NCBI GenBank assembly: GCA_963737265.1
Contig: CAVTRY010000011.1
Coordinates: forward strand, 352,001-416,000
Source: an uncultured delta proteobacterium
GTDB taxonomy: Bacteria; Myxococcota_A; Polyangia; Fen-1088
DNA: 64,000 bases
Reading direction: 5' to 3'
The notes beneath the pieces are model-generated. The model was given only the letters and a program-made list of their open reading frames with translations. It had not been told where the DNA came from and searched no databases. The position numbers were made by a program, and so were the translations under genes. Below are positions 39,643-50,543 of the stretch, in pieces (positions within the stretch are counted from its first letter, which is position 1; the number at the start of each line of letters is the position of its first letter).

Positions 39643-40977
39643 ATGACTTCTACCCTGGCGGACAAGACTGTCGTACTCGGCGTGACTGGCGGCATCGCGG
39701 CATACAAGGCGGCCGAGCTGTGTCGGCTGCTCGTGAAAGCCGGCGCTCGAGTTCACGTCGTTATGACGGAGGCCGCCTGCCAGTTCATCACGCCCCTGAC
39801 GCTAGAGACGCTGTCGCGGCATCCGGTGGGACGCGATATGTTCGAGCTTGGGCAGGGCGCCACGATCGGACACATCGAGCTCGCCAGCGAAGCGGATATC
39901 ACAATCGTCGCGCCCGCCACGGCGGACGCCATCGCGCGCGTTGCCGCGGGCCTGGCAAATGATCTGCTGTCTGCCATCGTCCTTGCCACCAAGGCGCCAA
40001 TTCTTCTCGCGCCGGCCATGAACACCAACATGTGGGAAAACCCGATCACGCAGGACAACCTGGCGCGGCTGTGCAAGGGCGGTCGAGTGACCAGCGTGGG
40101 GCCGGACGCAGGCGATCTGGCGTGTGGCTGGGTCGGGGCGGGGCGCATGGTGGACGGCGAGGAAATTCTGCGCGCCGCCGAGGCGCGCTTGGGCGCGGAT
40201 ATTGTGCTGCCCGCGATGCCCGGCACCCTGGCTGGCCAGCGCGTCGTGGTGACCGCTGGGCCGACCTGGGAAGCGGTCGACGACGTACGCTTTCTCGGCA
40301 ATCGTTCGTCGGGGAAGATGGGTTTTGCCTTGGCCGAGGTCGCCGCGCGCATGGGCGCGGACGTGACGCTGGTCGCGGGGCCGGTCGCGCTGGCCACGCC
40401 CGCGGGCGTGGGCCGGCGCATTGATGTGGAATCGGCGCTGGAAATGCGCGAGGCCTTGCACAAAGGCCTCGCCCACGCCGATGTCGTCGTCATGTCCGCT
40501 GCGGTGGCGGATTTTCGCCCCGGCGTGCGCGTGCTCGGCAAGCTCTCGCGACGCAACGGCAAGAGCGCAACGTCGGTGGCGGCGCAAACAATTTCGCTCG
40601 TGCCCAACCCCGACCTCTTGGCCGAGCTCGGGCGATCGCGCCGGGGCAAGAAACCCTACCTTGTCGGCTTCGCTGCCGAAGTCGGGGTTTCCGGCGAAGC
40701 TCTGGCCGAGCGCGCCCGGCGCAAGTTGGCCGAGAAGGCTTGTGACGTGGTTGTTGCGAACGAGGTGGGGCGTCCTGGCATCGGCTTTGGCGCGGACCAA
40801 AATGCGGTGACGCTGGTCTTCACCGATGGGCGCGCCGTCGAGCTGCCGCCCGCGCGCAAAGAGGTGGTCGCGCAGGCAATCTGGGCTAGGATCGGGCCCG
40901 AGCTTACGCTTGCACCTAAGTTAGACTCCAAAGCGGACAAGAAACCCGCGCTTCGCTTGAAGGGGAAGAATGCCTAG
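39643..40977 (+). CDS. coaBC: Bifunctional phosphopantothenoylcysteine decarboxylase/ligase
   Basis: GVTGGIAAYK, APAMNTNMW, LACG, TAGPT, NRSSGKMG, AAVADF, VGFAAE. Confidence 0.95.
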   Translation: MTSTLADKTVVLGVTGGIAAYKAAELCRLLVKAGARVHVVMTEAACQFITPLTLETLSRHPVGRDMFELGQGATIGHIELASEADITIVAPATADAIARVAAGLANDLLSAIVLATKAPILLAPAMNTNMWENPITQDNLARLCKGGRVTSVGPDAGDLACGWVGAGRMVDGEEILRAAEARLGADIVLPAMPGTLAGQRVVVTAGPTWEAVDDVRFLGNRSSGKMGFALAEVAARMGADVTLVAGPVALATPAGVGRRIDVESALEMREALHKGLAHADVVVMSAAVADFRPGVRVLGKLSRRNGKSATSVAAQTISLVPNPDLLAELGRSRRGKKPYLVGFAAEVGVSGEALAERARRKLAEKACDVVVANEVGRPGIGFGADQNAVTLVFTDGRAVELPPARKEVVAQAIWARIGPELTLAPKLDSKADKKPALRLKGKNA

Positions 40978-41953
40978 CGCTTTCGTAGAAGAGAAAATCA
41001 AATCCTATAAGCCGAAGGTTCTCGAGTGTCTGCGTAGCGCGGGCGAGGTTCTGTCCGCGCGTCAGGAAATGGGCGGGAAAACCCGCGGCAACGTGCCACC
41101 ATGGCCGGGCTCGGGCGACGGCGATTTTCACGGTACCTTGGCCGCCATTTGGGTGTGGTCGCGGGCCAAGGATCTGCTTGGTGACGACCGCTTTTCTCTC
41201 TCCATTGCGTCGGCGTGGACCTTCGTGGAGTCGAGCTGGAACGACTTCATTCCGCGCTCCTTAGGTGCCCACGCGAGCGATGAAGCTGCCTACGACTGTG
41301 CCATGGTGCTGCGCGCATGGCTGGCCGGCGACGGCCCTGGCGCGCCTCTCGATGATGGCTCGCGGCGCGAGCGCGTGGCGTCGGCGGCGCGTCTGCTTGC
41401 GGCCTACGTGACCGATCTCGAAAAACCGGATGGCCGCGAGTTCAAGGATCCGGGGTTCTTGGTCTGGACCCTGGGCGAATACGCCCGCGCGGTCGGCGAT
41501 CGCGGCCTGAGCGCCAGCGCGCGCCGATTTGTCGAAGCGGCTTTCGGTATGAAAAGCCCGCCTCCCTTTGCATCCGAACCGGCCGCGCGCGACGGCCTGT
41601 TCGATTTTTCCTGCACCACCGCAACGCGCGTCCTGGCGGTCATCGGCGCCGAAGGACCGATTCCCTTCGTCGGCGCGTGGCTGCGCGAGCGCGTCGCGCC
41701 CGCGGTTCCGCCGGGCTTCGTGCCGCGACCCATGGACGAAAACACCTGGAACGCATGCGCCGCCACCACGCTCGGCTACGCGTTCTCGGTTTCGACCGAT
41801 CCCACCTTCTTCGACGCGTATAGATTGGTGATGGACGAGCTCGATCTGCGGGCGGAAAACGGCGCGCTCGGGCGCATGTCGGGCTACGCGGCAGAAACGG
41901 CGGCGACGTTTTATTACGCCATGGCTTCAGCTTCGATTCTGGGAAAGATCTAG
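40970..41953 (+). CDS. Hypothetical protein (predicted all-helical)
   Basis: 327-aa ORF overlapping the coaBC stop and ending 3 bp before the UDG gene. Confidence 0.65.
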   Translation: MPSAFVEEKIKSYKPKVLECLRSAGEVLSARQEMGGKTRGNVPPWPGSGDGDFHGTLAAIWVWSRAKDLLGDDRFSLSIASAWTFVESSWNDFIPRSLGAHASDEAAYDCAMVLRAWLAGDGPGAPLDDGSRRERVASAARLLAAYVTDLEKPDGREFKDPGFLVWTLGEYARAVGDRGLSASARRFVEAAFGMKSPPPFASEPAARDGLFDFSCTTATRVLAVIGAEGPIPFVGAWLRERVAPAVPPGFVPRPMDENTWNACAATTLGYAFSVSTDPTFFDAYRLVMDELDLRAENGALGRMSGYAAETAATFYYAMASASILGKI

Positions 41954-41956
41954 ACC

Positions 41957-42736
41957 TTGTCGGACCCGAGGCATGAGCTACGCGATCTCAGTGCGGCTTT
42001 CCGCACCCATCTGGAAGCGCGCGGGCGATGCGGTCTGCTCGGCGTTTCGCGAAGGCCGTCGCCGGTGTCGCCAGCAGCCTCGACGGCGAGTCCAGATTCG
42101 ACAGCGGACGAGCCGCTGACACTGTACCCGACGCCACCGCCGGTTTCCTACGACCAAGGGCAGATCCTGCACGGCGGGCGCGGCCTGCACGCGCTTCGGG
42201 CGGAAATGGGCGACTGCCAGCGCTGCAAGTTGGCCAAGGATCGCAGCCATATCGTATTTGGCACCGGCAGTCCCGAGGCGAATCTGATGTTCGTGGGTGA
42301 GGCGCCGGGCGCCGACGAAGACGCGCAAGGCGAACCGTTCGTGGGCGCGGCGGGGCAGCTTCTGACCAAGATGATCAAGGCTATGGGCTACGAGCGCGGC
42401 GACGTCTACATCTGCAACATCATCAAGTGCCGGCCGCCGCGGAATCGCAACCCAGAAGCCGACGAGATCGAAGCTTGCCAGCAGTTTCTGCGCAAGCAGG
42501 TCGCCATCGTTCAACCGCGCGTGATCGTGGCGCTGGGCAAGTTCGCCGCGCATTTCCTGTGCGGCGACGACACGCCCATCACGCGCTTGCGCGGAAACCT
42601 GCGCACGTTTCATGAGATCCCGGTCATGCCGACCTACCACCCGGCGTTTCTCCTGCGCGACGAGAGCCGCAAAGGCGAGGCGTGGTCCGACCTCAAGCAG
42701 GTCATGGGTATCCTCAAGAACATGGGCTTGCGCTAG
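41957..42736 (+). CDS. Uracil-DNA glycosylase family 4 (Fe-S)
   Basis: CQRCKL, VGEAPGADED..GEPFVG, KCRPPRNR, TYHPAFLLR. Confidence 0.93.
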   Translation: MSDPRHELRDLSAAFRTHLEARGRCGLLGVSRRPSPVSPAASTASPDSTADEPLTLYPTPPPVSYDQGQILHGGRGLHALRAEMGDCQRCKLAKDRSHIVFGTGSPEANLMFVGEAPGADEDAQGEPFVGAAGQLLTKMIKAMGYERGDVYICNIIKCRPPRNRNPEADEIEACQQFLRKQVAIVQPRVIVALGKFAAHFLCGDDTPITRLRGNLRTFHEIPVMPTYHPAFLLRDESRKGEAWSDLKQVMGILKNMGLR

Positions 42737-42803
42737 CCTAGCCGGCCGCGCGAAGCGCGGGGGGCAGGGCGTGTTGGTGGGTGCCGAGTGCCGAGGGCGA
42801 AGC

Positions 42804-42982
42804 GAACCCTCTTAGGGTTCCCATGAGTCGCGTGGTTCGCAGCGAGCTTTGCTCGCTGTGAACCATCGCGGGAGGGTTTGGGAACCCTTTTAGGGTTCCC
42901 ATGAGTCGCGTGGTTCGCAGCGAGCTTTGCTCGCTGTGAACCATCGCGGGAGGGTTTGGGAACCCTTTTAGGGTTCCCATGA
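42804..42982. repeat. 78-bp double-hairpin REP-like element, about 2.3 tandem copies
   Basis: tagggttccc recurs at 42813, 42891 and 42969; hairpins gggaaccct-ttt-agggttccc and tggttcgcagcgagc-ttt-gctcgctgtgaacca. Confidence 0.92.
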
Positions 42983-43044
42983 TGATTGACACCTGGGATC
43001 GGCAACGATAACTTCCGCCGTGCGCCCGCGCAGAGGAGGACCTG

Positions 43045-43401
43045 ATGGCTAGCGAAGATCCCTGTTTCATTGGCAGCAAGACCACAGTCCGGGGCCAGGT
43101 CTCCGGCAAGCAGGATGTTGTGGTCGAAGGTCGCATCGAAGGCCACATCAGCCTGGACAGCCACCTCACGGTGGAAGAATCGGGAACGGTCGAAGCCGAC
43201 GTCGAGGCGACGGTCGCGACCCTGAAGGGCGAGGTGCGTGGACCGGTGGTGGCAACGCGCTCCGCGGTTCTTCACGCCACGGCCCGCATGGCCGGCAAGG
43301 TCAAGGCGCCGTCCATCGTCATTGAGGACGGGGCGCGGTTTTCGGGTGAAATCGAGATGGATGTCGAGCTGCCGACGGACGTCGTGCCGGGCAACGCCTA
43401 G
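43045..43401 (+). CDS. Bactofilin (BacN-like by position)
   Basis: VVEGRIEG, VEADVEA, IVIEDGARFSGEIEM. Confidence 0.88.
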   Translation: MASEDPCFIGSKTTVRGQVSGKQDVVVEGRIEGHISLDSHLTVEESGTVEADVEATVATLKGEVRGPVVATRSAVLHATARMAGKVKAPSIVIEDGARFSGEIEMDVELPTDVVPGNA

Positions 43402-43425
43402 GCGGTCGCGCAGAGAGCGGAAATC

Positions 43426-43767
43426 ATGGCAAAGGAAAAGGAAACGAAACCCATGGCGAATACGGTCATCGGAAGCAGCATCGTTATCGACGGCGAAATC
43501 ACCGGCGAGGAGTCGCTCACCATCCTGGGCACGGTGAAGGGCAAGATTTCGACAGCCCAAAGTGTCGTCGTCGAGGCCGCCGCCACCGTCGAGGCCGACG
43601 TGGAGGCTCAAACCGTTACGGTCAGTGGCAAGGTGACGGGCAACGTGACCGCGCGCGAGAAGCTGGAGCTGCGCCCCGAGGCCAAGATGGTCGGCAACGC
43701 CAAAGCCCCGCGCATCGTGGTCGCCGACGGCGCCACCTTCAAGGGCAACGTGGACATGGACGTATAA
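43426..43767 (+). CDS. Bactofilin (BacO-like by position)
   Basis: TVIGSSIVIDGEITGEE, IVVADGATFKGNVDM. Confidence 0.9.
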   Translation: MAKEKETKPMANTVIGSSIVIDGEITGEESLTILGTVKGKISTAQSVVVEAAATVEADVEAQTVTVSGKVTGNVTAREKLELRPEAKMVGNAKAPRIVVADGATFKGNVDMDV

Positions 43768-43776
43768 GGCTCCACC

Positions 43777-44382
43777 ATGGCTGACAAAGAAACGGTGATC
43801 GGCGTCGAAACCAGGATTTCGGGTGAAATCCGCGGCGACGAAGACCTGGTCGTCAAAGGCCGCGTCGACGGAAAGATCCATCTGTCGCAGGCGTTGACGG
43901 TAGAGAAGGGCGCCATCGTGCAGGCCGACGTGGACGTCCGCACGCTGGTCGTGGCGGGTACCTTGGTCGGCAGCATCGTGGCGTCTGAAAGCGTGCGCCT
44001 GCAGCCGACAGCGCGCGTGGTCGGCGATCTCACCTCGCCTCGCGTGATAATGGAAGCGGGCGCAGCCTACCGTGGCCGCGTCGACATGGGCGATGTCGAA
44101 GCCGCCAGAGCCGCGGTTGCCTCGCGCGCGGTCGACAGACCTGCGACGAGCAGCATCGAAGCTGCCAAGACGCGTCCCGCGCCGCCACGCGTGGCCGCGA
44201 CGCCGAGGACGGTCGCGCCCGTCGCGTCGACGACCAAGATCGCGCCGCGTTTCGTTGCGCCGCCAGCGGGGGAGCGAACCGCTGCGGCGCCAGCATCCGC
44301 GCCGCCGGCTTTCCCGCGCGCCGCGGGAGCCGCGAACAGCGCGGCGCCGGCCTGGGCCAAGAAGAAGATCCGCCGCCGATAG
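43777..44382 (+). CDS. bacP: Bactofilin with Ala/Pro-rich basic tail (BacP-like)
   Basis: [23 protein letters not shown], low-complexity tail ending KKKIRRR; third gene of the triplet. Confidence 0.8.
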   Translation: MADKETVIGVETRISGEIRGDEDLVVKGRVDGKIHLSQALTVEKGAIVQADVDVRTLVVAGTLVGSIVASESVRLQPTARVVGDLTSPRVIMEAGAAYRGRVDMGDVEAARAAVASRAVDRPATSSIEAAKTRPAPPRVAATPRTVAPVASTTKIAPRFVAPPAGERTAAAPASAPPAFPRAAGAANSAAPAWAKKKIRRR

Positions 44383-44444
44383 TTGCATCAAAGCAGGCCG
44401 CGCGGCGTGCATCTGGTGACAATTGTGATACGGTTCGCTCGCCC

Positions 44445-45842
44445 ATGTGTGGAGTAATTGGCATTTTCGGGCACCCGGAGGCGTCTAATCTCGCCTATCT
44501 GGGACTGCATGCGCTTCAGCACCGCGGGCAGGAATCCGCTGGCATCGTTTCGAGCGACGGTCAGCACCTGCACTGGGTGCGGGAAATGGGCCACGTCAGC
44601 GAGATCTTCACCGAAGAACGCCTGCGCGATTTGCCCGGCTCGTCGGCCATCGGCCACGTGCGCTACTCGACCACCGGCGATTCCGTGCTGAAGAACGCGC
44701 AGCCCATGGCCGTCAACTACGCGCATGGCTCCATCGCCGTGGCTCACAACGGAAATCTCGTCGACGCCGCGGAGATCCGCGCCCGGCTGGAGGACGAGGG
44801 GTCGATCTTCCAGAGCACCAACGACAGCGAGATCATCCTTCACCTGCTGGCTCGTTCGCGCGAAGGCGACTTGCCTTCACGCATTGCGGATGCCCTGCGC
44901 TCGGTTCACGGCGCCTACTCGCTCGCCTTTCTGTCTGAATCGTCGATGATCGCCGTGCGCGATCCCCTTGGCATCCGGCCGCTGTCGCTCGGTCGTCACA
45001 AGAAGAACGGCTGGGTCGTGGCATCGGAAACCTGCGCTTTCGAGCTCATCGAAGCGGAATTCATTCGCGACATCGAGCCGGGCGAAATGTTGGTCGTCGA
45101 TCGGGAAGGCGCGCGCAGCTTCCATCCCTTCAAGCCCGCGGAGCCGCGCCGCTGCGTCTTCGAGTGGATCTATTTCGCGCGGCCCGATTCCACCATCGCC
45201 GGGCAGTCCGTCTATTCGGCCCGCGAAAACATGGGACGGCGACTGGCCATTGAGCATCCGGTGCCCGCCGACATCGTGGTTCCAGTGCCCGATTCGGGGA
45301 CCGCGGCGGCCATCGGCTATGCGCGCGAGAGCGGCATTCCCTTCGGCCAGGGCCTGATGCGTTCGCACTACGTCGGACGAACCTTCATCGAACCCTCGGA
45401 ATCGATTCGCCACTTCGGCGTGAAGTTGAAGCTGTCACCGGTGCGCGACGTGCTCGCCGGCAAGCGCGTGGTCGTCGTCGACGACTCCATCGTGCGCGGA
45501 ACCACCTCGGGCAAGATCATCGGCATGATTCGGTCCGCTGGCGCACGCGAGATTCACCTGCGCATCAGCTCGCCGCCCACCGTTGGTCCCTGCCACTACG
45601 GCATCGACACCCCCGATCGGGACAAGCTCATCGCCAGCTCTCACACCGTCGACGAGGTTCGCCGTTTCGTGGGCGCCGATACGCTCGGCTATCTTTCCCT
45701 CGCCGGCCTGCACGAATCGGTGGCCAAGGTGCTCACCAAGCAGGAGCATCGCGGCCTGTGCGACGGGTGCTTCTCGGATAAGTATCCCATTCCGCTGCCG
45801 GCGCCGGCTCGTGCGCGCCAACTGCGCTTGATCTCGGCGTAG
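44445..45842 (+). CDS. purF: Amidophosphoribosyltransferase
   Basis: MCG start, [33 protein letters not shown]. Confidence 0.96.
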   Translation: MCGVIGIFGHPEASNLAYLGLHALQHRGQESAGIVSSDGQHLHWVREMGHVSEIFTEERLRDLPGSSAIGHVRYSTTGDSVLKNAQPMAVNYAHGSIAVAHNGNLVDAAEIRARLEDEGSIFQSTNDSEIILHLLARSREGDLPSRIADALRSVHGAYSLAFLSESSMIAVRDPLGIRPLSLGRHKKNGWVVASETCAFELIEAEFIRDIEPGEMLVVDREGARSFHPFKPAEPRRCVFEWIYFARPDSTIAGQSVYSARENMGRRLAIEHPVPADIVVPVPDSGTAAAIGYARESGIPFGQGLMRSHYVGRTFIEPSESIRHFGVKLKLSPVRDVLAGKRVVVVDDSIVRGTTSGKIIGMIRSAGAREIHLRISSPPTVGPCHYGIDTPDRDKLIASSHTVDEVRRFVGADTLGYLSLAGLHESVAKVLTKQEHRGLCDGCFSDKYPIPLPAPARARQLRLISA

Positions 45843-45924
45843 GCCGCGGCGGGACGAAGCGGCTGGCGGGACGAGGTCGCTGGTGGACGACTGCCGACGA
45901 TCTCCGCGCTAGATTAGGCGCGAC

Positions 45925-47739
45925 ATGATGTCCCCGCCTTCGACCTCGCCGCCGCCGGTCGGGCTGTTTGCCCGTCTCCAGGCGAGCGTGGCGCAGTCTC
46001 GCCAGACCCTCGGGTTGGTGTGGCGATCCTCGCCCAAGGGAACGCTGGGCCTTGGCGGGCTGACCGTGCTCGCGGCGTCGCTGCCGCCACTTGTCGCCTA
46101 CGTGGGTAAGCTGATCGTGGACGCCGTGGTCGCGCGCGACCGCGCGCGGGCCGTGCATATGGTCGTCGTCGAGCTGGCGGCCGTCGGCGTGATGGCGCTG
46201 CTGGAAAGGTCGCTGGGGCTGGTCCGGCAAATCGTGGGCTCACGCCTCGGCATCGACGTCAACGTGGCCATTCTGGAAAAGGCCGCGACGCTCGAGCTCA
46301 GGCATTTCGAGGACTCGGAATTCTACGACAAGCTGTCACGCGCCCGGCGCGAGGCGTCGCTGCGTCCGCTCTCGCTCATAGAAAGCAACTTCTTGGTTCT
46401 GCGCAACGCCATGACTCTGGCGGGCTACATCGCTCTGCTGGTGCATTTCTCCGGACACATGGTGCTGGCGCTGCTCGCCGCCACCATGCCGGCGTTCATC
46501 GCCGAGGCCAAATTCTCGGGCGCAGCCTTCCGCTTGCGCAATTGGCGCTCGCCCGACACCCGCCGGCTGCAACTACCTCGAATACGTGATGGCCAACGAC
46601 GAGCACGCCAAGGAGGTGAAGCTGTTCGATCTCGGCCCGATGTTGCTTGGTCGCTATCGCGCCTTGGCCGAGCGTTTCTTTGCCGAAGATCGCCTGCTGG
46701 CCGTGAGGCGGGCGGGTGGGGCTACGCACTTTCGCTGGTGAGCACGGCCGTGTTTTACGGCTGCTATGCGCTCATCGTCGCAACCACCGTGGCCGGCCGG
46801 CTCTCGCTTGGCGACATGACTCTGTACCTCGTCGCCTTCCGTCAGGGGCAGCAGAGCTTTCAGGCCATTCTCATGGCCGCCGGCAGCATGTACGAGGACA
46901 CGCTCTACATGTCGAACCTGTTCGAATATCTCGCCATCCCGACGGAAAACCGCAAGCGCAAGACTCCCGCCGCCGTCGCGGTCGAGGAAGGAATTCGCTT
47001 CGAAGGCGTCGGATTCCAGTATCCCGGCGCCGAGCGCTGGGCCCTGCGCAATATCAATCTGTTCATCCCCAAAGGACAAAGCCTGGCTCTCGTCGGCGAA
47101 AACGGGGCCGGCAAGACGACCTTCATCAAATTGCTATCCGGCCTGTACCAGCCGAGCGAAGGCCGCATTCGCCTCGACGGCCGCGATCTGGCCGACTGGG
47201 ATCGGCAGGCGCTGCGCCGCCGCATCGGCGTCATCTTCCAGGACTTCAACCAGTACCAATTGCTCCTACGCGAAAACATCGCCTTCGGCAGCGTCGAGCA
47301 CATGCGCGACGACCTGCGCCTGGCCCGCGCCGTCGATCAAGGCGGCGCGCGCGAGATGGTGGCGAACCTCGGCGAGGGGCTTGAAACCCAGCTCGGCCGT
47401 TGGTTCAAGGGCGGCGTCGACCTTTCCGGCGGGCAGTGGCAAAAGGTGGCGCTCGCGCGCGCCTTCATGCGCGACGAGGCCGACATTCTCATCCTCGACG
47501 AACCCACCGCATCGCTCGACGTGGAGGCGGAGCATGCCGTGTTCCAGCGCTTTCGCGCCCTGGCCCATGGACGAACCACGATGCTCATCTCGCACCGCTT
47601 CCCCACCGTGCGCATGGCCGACCGAATCGTCGTGCTCGAAGGCGGCCAAGTCATCGAGGAAGGCACGCACGCCGAACTGCTGGCCGCCGGTGCTCGCTAC
47701 GCCCGCCTATTCGCCTTGCAGGCCGAAGGGTACAGGTAG
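45925..47739 (+). CDS. ABC exporter, fused permease/ATPase; compensating frameshifts at about 46570 and 46715
   Basis: GENGAGKTT, LSGGQWQK, ILDEPT, ISHR; the conserved NYLEYVMANDEHAKEVKLF segment lies in another frame. Confidence 0.9.
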   Translation: MMSPPSTSPPPVGLFARLQASVAQSRQTLGLVWRSSPKGTLGLGGLTVLAASLPPLVAYVGKLIVDAVVARDRARAVHMVVVELAAVGVMALLERSLGLVRQIVGSRLGIDVNVAILEKAATLELRHFEDSEFYDKLSRARREASLRPLSLIESNFLVLRNAMTLAGYIALLVHFSGHMVLALLAATMPAFIAEAKFSGAAFRLRNWRSPDTRRLQLPRIRDGQRRARQGGEAVRSRPDVAWSLSRLGRAFLCRRSPAGREAGGWGYALSLVSTAVFYGCYALIVATTVAGRLSLGDMTLYLVAFRQGQQSFQAILMAAGSMYEDTLYMSNLFEYLAIPTENRKRKTPAAVAVEEGIRFEGVGFQYPGAERWALRNINLFIPKGQSLALVGENGAGKTTFIKLLSGLYQPSEGRIRLDGRDLADWDRQALRRRIGVIFQDFNQYQLLLRENIAFGSVEHMRDDLRLARAVDQGGAREMVANLGEGLETQLGRWFKGGVDLSGGQWQKVALARAFMRDEADILILDEPTASLDVEAEHAVFQRFRALAHGRTTMLISHRFPTVRMADRIVVLEGGQVIEEGTHAELLAAGARYARLFALQAEGYR

Positions 47740-47829
47740 ACACCCACATTGTCGCCATGCCGGCGCGAAAATTCGCTCGGTGCGCATCAGGCACTTGACT
47801 AGAAAGGCCGGATCCCCAATCGTTGGCAC

Positions 47830-48663
47830 ATGATTCGCTTCAGAACCTATTGGCTAGGAACCTGTGTTTTGTCCGCGGTCGCCTTCTCGTCGACGGTCGC
47901 TTGGGCGGACACCGAGGTGGCTATCGTGAATACCGTGCAAGCCTCGGCGAAGCTGATTCAGGATGTTCAGCAGACGGCAACCAACACCATGTACGGCCTG
48001 GCCGTGGGCGTCGTGCCGCCCGAGAAGCTGACCCCCGAGGGCGCGGCTTGCGCCAAGCCCGATTGCTTCGCCGCCCTTGCCAAGCGCGTGGGCGCGACGC
48101 ATGTCCTGGTCGTGCAAGGTAGCGCCGATCCATCTGGCTATCGACTGTCGCTCAACGTGCGCGATGGTGCGACCGGGCGGTCGCTCGGTACCGACGGCAA
48201 GGACTGCGAGCTGTGCGAAGAAGACCAGTTCACCCCGGCGGTCGAGGAACGGATCGGTGCCCTGTGGAACCGAGTGATGCAAGAACAGGAAGCGGCCAAT
48301 GCTGCTCCCGCGGTCGTGGTTCCGCCGGTCGAGCAGCGACCGGGCGTGGAAACGACGGTCGTGACACCATGGTGGAAACAGCGCACGCCGGTGATGGGAC
48401 TTGGTTTCATGGCCGCGGGCCTGGTGGCGGCAGGGTTTGGCGCCTACTACGTCGCCGTGGACGGCGACACCGTCACCAGCAACCGCATCAACGCAAATCC
48501 CATCATCCTGCGCGACACCGGCAAATGGGGCTGGACCTTGGTCGGCGTCGGCGTCGCTTCGCTGGCGGTCGGAACGGCGATGGTGATTTGGGGAACCGAC
48601 GACGGCACCCACGTTTCCGTGGCCGTGGGGCCAGGATCGCTCGGACTGCAAGGAAGGTTCTAA
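47830..48663 (+). CDS. Exported hypothetical protein with C-terminal Gly-rich hydrophobic helices
   Basis: Signal peptide (AWA), C...CF and CELC motifs, two TM-like segments, ends GLQGRF. Confidence 0.7.
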   Translation: MIRFRTYWLGTCVLSAVAFSSTVAWADTEVAIVNTVQASAKLIQDVQQTATNTMYGLAVGVVPPEKLTPEGAACAKPDCFAALAKRVGATHVLVVQGSADPSGYRLSLNVRDGATGRSLGTDGKDCELCEEDQFTPAVEERIGALWNRVMQEQEAANAAPAVVVPPVEQRPGVETTVVTPWWKQRTPVMGLGFMAAGLVAAGFGAYYVAVDGDTVTSNRINANPIILRDTGKWGWTLVGVGVASLAVGTAMVIWGTDDGTHVSVAVGPGSLGLQGRF

Positions 48664-48666
48664 GAC

Positions 48667-50446
48667 ATGAAAGCCATGTGCAAGTTAGGGGTCGTCTTTC
48701 TTGTGGTCGCGGGCGCGGCCAGCTGCGATTCCACACGCCGCGACTTTTCCCAATGCGACCAGACCTACAACGCATGCTTGAAGGGCTTCGTCTGCGACCT
48801 CAGCCAGGGCCTGTGCGTGCTCAACAATGGCCAAGCCGATGCTGCCATCGTGTCCGTCGACGCTACCCCGATGGACACCGCAATCGTCGCTGATGCCGCC
48901 GACGCGCCCGCCGTGGAAGTGGCACAGACCGACGCCCCGCCCGCGCTGGACGTGGCGGCCGACGCGGCCGTCGACGTCGCGCAGCCTGCGGATCTGGCCG
49001 CGCCCGACCTGAGCGTGCCGGACGCCCAAGGAACCTGTTCGGTCGATAACGACTGTGTCGGCGTTGCCGGCGGCGCCTTCTGCGTGGCCGCCAAATGCGT
49101 GTCCTGCAATACCAACGGCCAATGCAACAACGACGCTGGCGTGCCGATTTGTTCGGCGCAAAACGTTTGCGTTTCCTGCGCCACGGCGGTTGTCGATGGC
49201 GGGGCAGGGTGCCCGGCCAGCGCGCCCCTTTGCGAGCCCAACTCCGGCCGCTGCGTTCTGTGCCTCCAAAACAGCGACTGCCCGACGGCCGGCAAGGCCT
49301 TCTGCGTGCAGAACCAGTGCGTAGGCTGCGACTCGGTTCCCGCAGGCACCGGCGGCACCGATGCCGGCGCCTCCAGCGACGGCGGATCGACCGACGGCGG
49401 GGCGGCGGGCACGGGCCCGTGCACCGGATCCACCCCCGTGTGCGCGACCAGCGCCAACACCACGAACGCAGCCATCGTCGGCCAGTGCGTCGGCTGCGCG
49501 AGCAACGCCGACTGTTCCGGCTCGACCCCGATCTGCAGCGCCGCCAACACCTGCACGGCCTGCACCAGCGACACCCAGTGCACCAGGCGGTCCCGGCGTG
49601 TGCATGTTCCACCAAGATGGAAGATGCGCAAGCGATGCCGAGACGATCTATGTGCAGAATCCATCTGGGTGCGCTGGAGGCGCTGGTACGGCGGCGTCGC
49701 CCTTCTGTCAATCGCAAGATGCAGTCACAGCTGTGACTGCCAACAGACGCCTCATTGTGATGAGCGGCCCGACTCTGTTCCCGATCACTTCAACGACGAC
49801 TACTTCGAGCGGCCAAATCACGATCATCGGTCAAAATGGTGCAACCACCGCCGCCGGGGCATTTGTCGGAATTCACGTTACAGCGGGGGACGCGTACATT
49901 CGTGGTCTCACGATTTCGAATGGTAGCAATACTGGCTTGGTCGTGGACGCAGGCGCCACGATTCGGATGGACCGGTGCTATGTGTTGCAAAACGTGGGCG
50001 GCTTGTTGGTGCACACCGGGGCAGGCTTCGATATTGCCAATAGCGTCTTTGCGATCAATCTGGCAGCAACCGGTGATGCTGGGGCGTACGGTGGCGTTTC
50101 CCTTGGCACTGCGGGTACGAACCTCCCGAATCGATTCTGGTACAACACCGTAGTAAACAATCAACAAATTGGTGTTTCGTGCCAGGCGACAAGTACGCAG
50201 CCTCTAAATGCCGTCCTGATCTATGGCAATATTGGAGACACGATTAGCCAGTGTTCAGTCGATTCAAACTCCGTGACGAATCATAACAGCGTCGTTGGTC
50301 CCGCTTTAGACACCAACTACCACCTCACATCGACCTCCCCATGTCGAGACAAAATTGACCTCACAATCCCGCATCCATTTGACGATATCGACGGCCAGAC
50401 TCGCCCCAGGGGACCTAAGCTCGACTGCGGCGCCGACGAATTCTAA
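48667..50446 (+). CDS. Cys-rich lipoprotein with C-terminal right-handed beta-helix; frameshift near 49585
   Basis: Lipobox AASC, Asp/Ala linker, CVxC..NxDC repeats; second frame continues GGPGVCMF...DIDGQTRP..DCGADEF. Confidence 0.75.
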
Positions 50447-50543
50447 GCCCTCGACGTTGCCCCGACGTCTGGCGCCTGGCCCAAGGACCCGTCCGTAGTC
50501 GGCCGTTCGGACGAACGACTTCTAGTAGTTCAGCACCGAGCTC

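Noticed and set aside
38120-39646. 508-aa plus-strand ORF
   Set aside because: Antisense to the LhgO-like gene; no motifs
42804-42982. Possible mini CRISPR array
   Set aside because: Units are identical over the full 78 bp with no unique spacers, and there are no cas genes in the window
42733-44412. 559-aa minus-strand ORF with a repeated peptide
   Set aside because: Antisense to the bactofilins; the peptide repeat is just the 78-bp DNA element
46570-46715. Programmed double frameshift in the ABC exporter
   Set aside because: No slippery heptamer seen; similar indels elsewhere suggest consensus error
50447-50543. Possible IS end next to the truncated Kelch gene
   Set aside because: No terminal inverted-repeat partner or transposase remnant recognised
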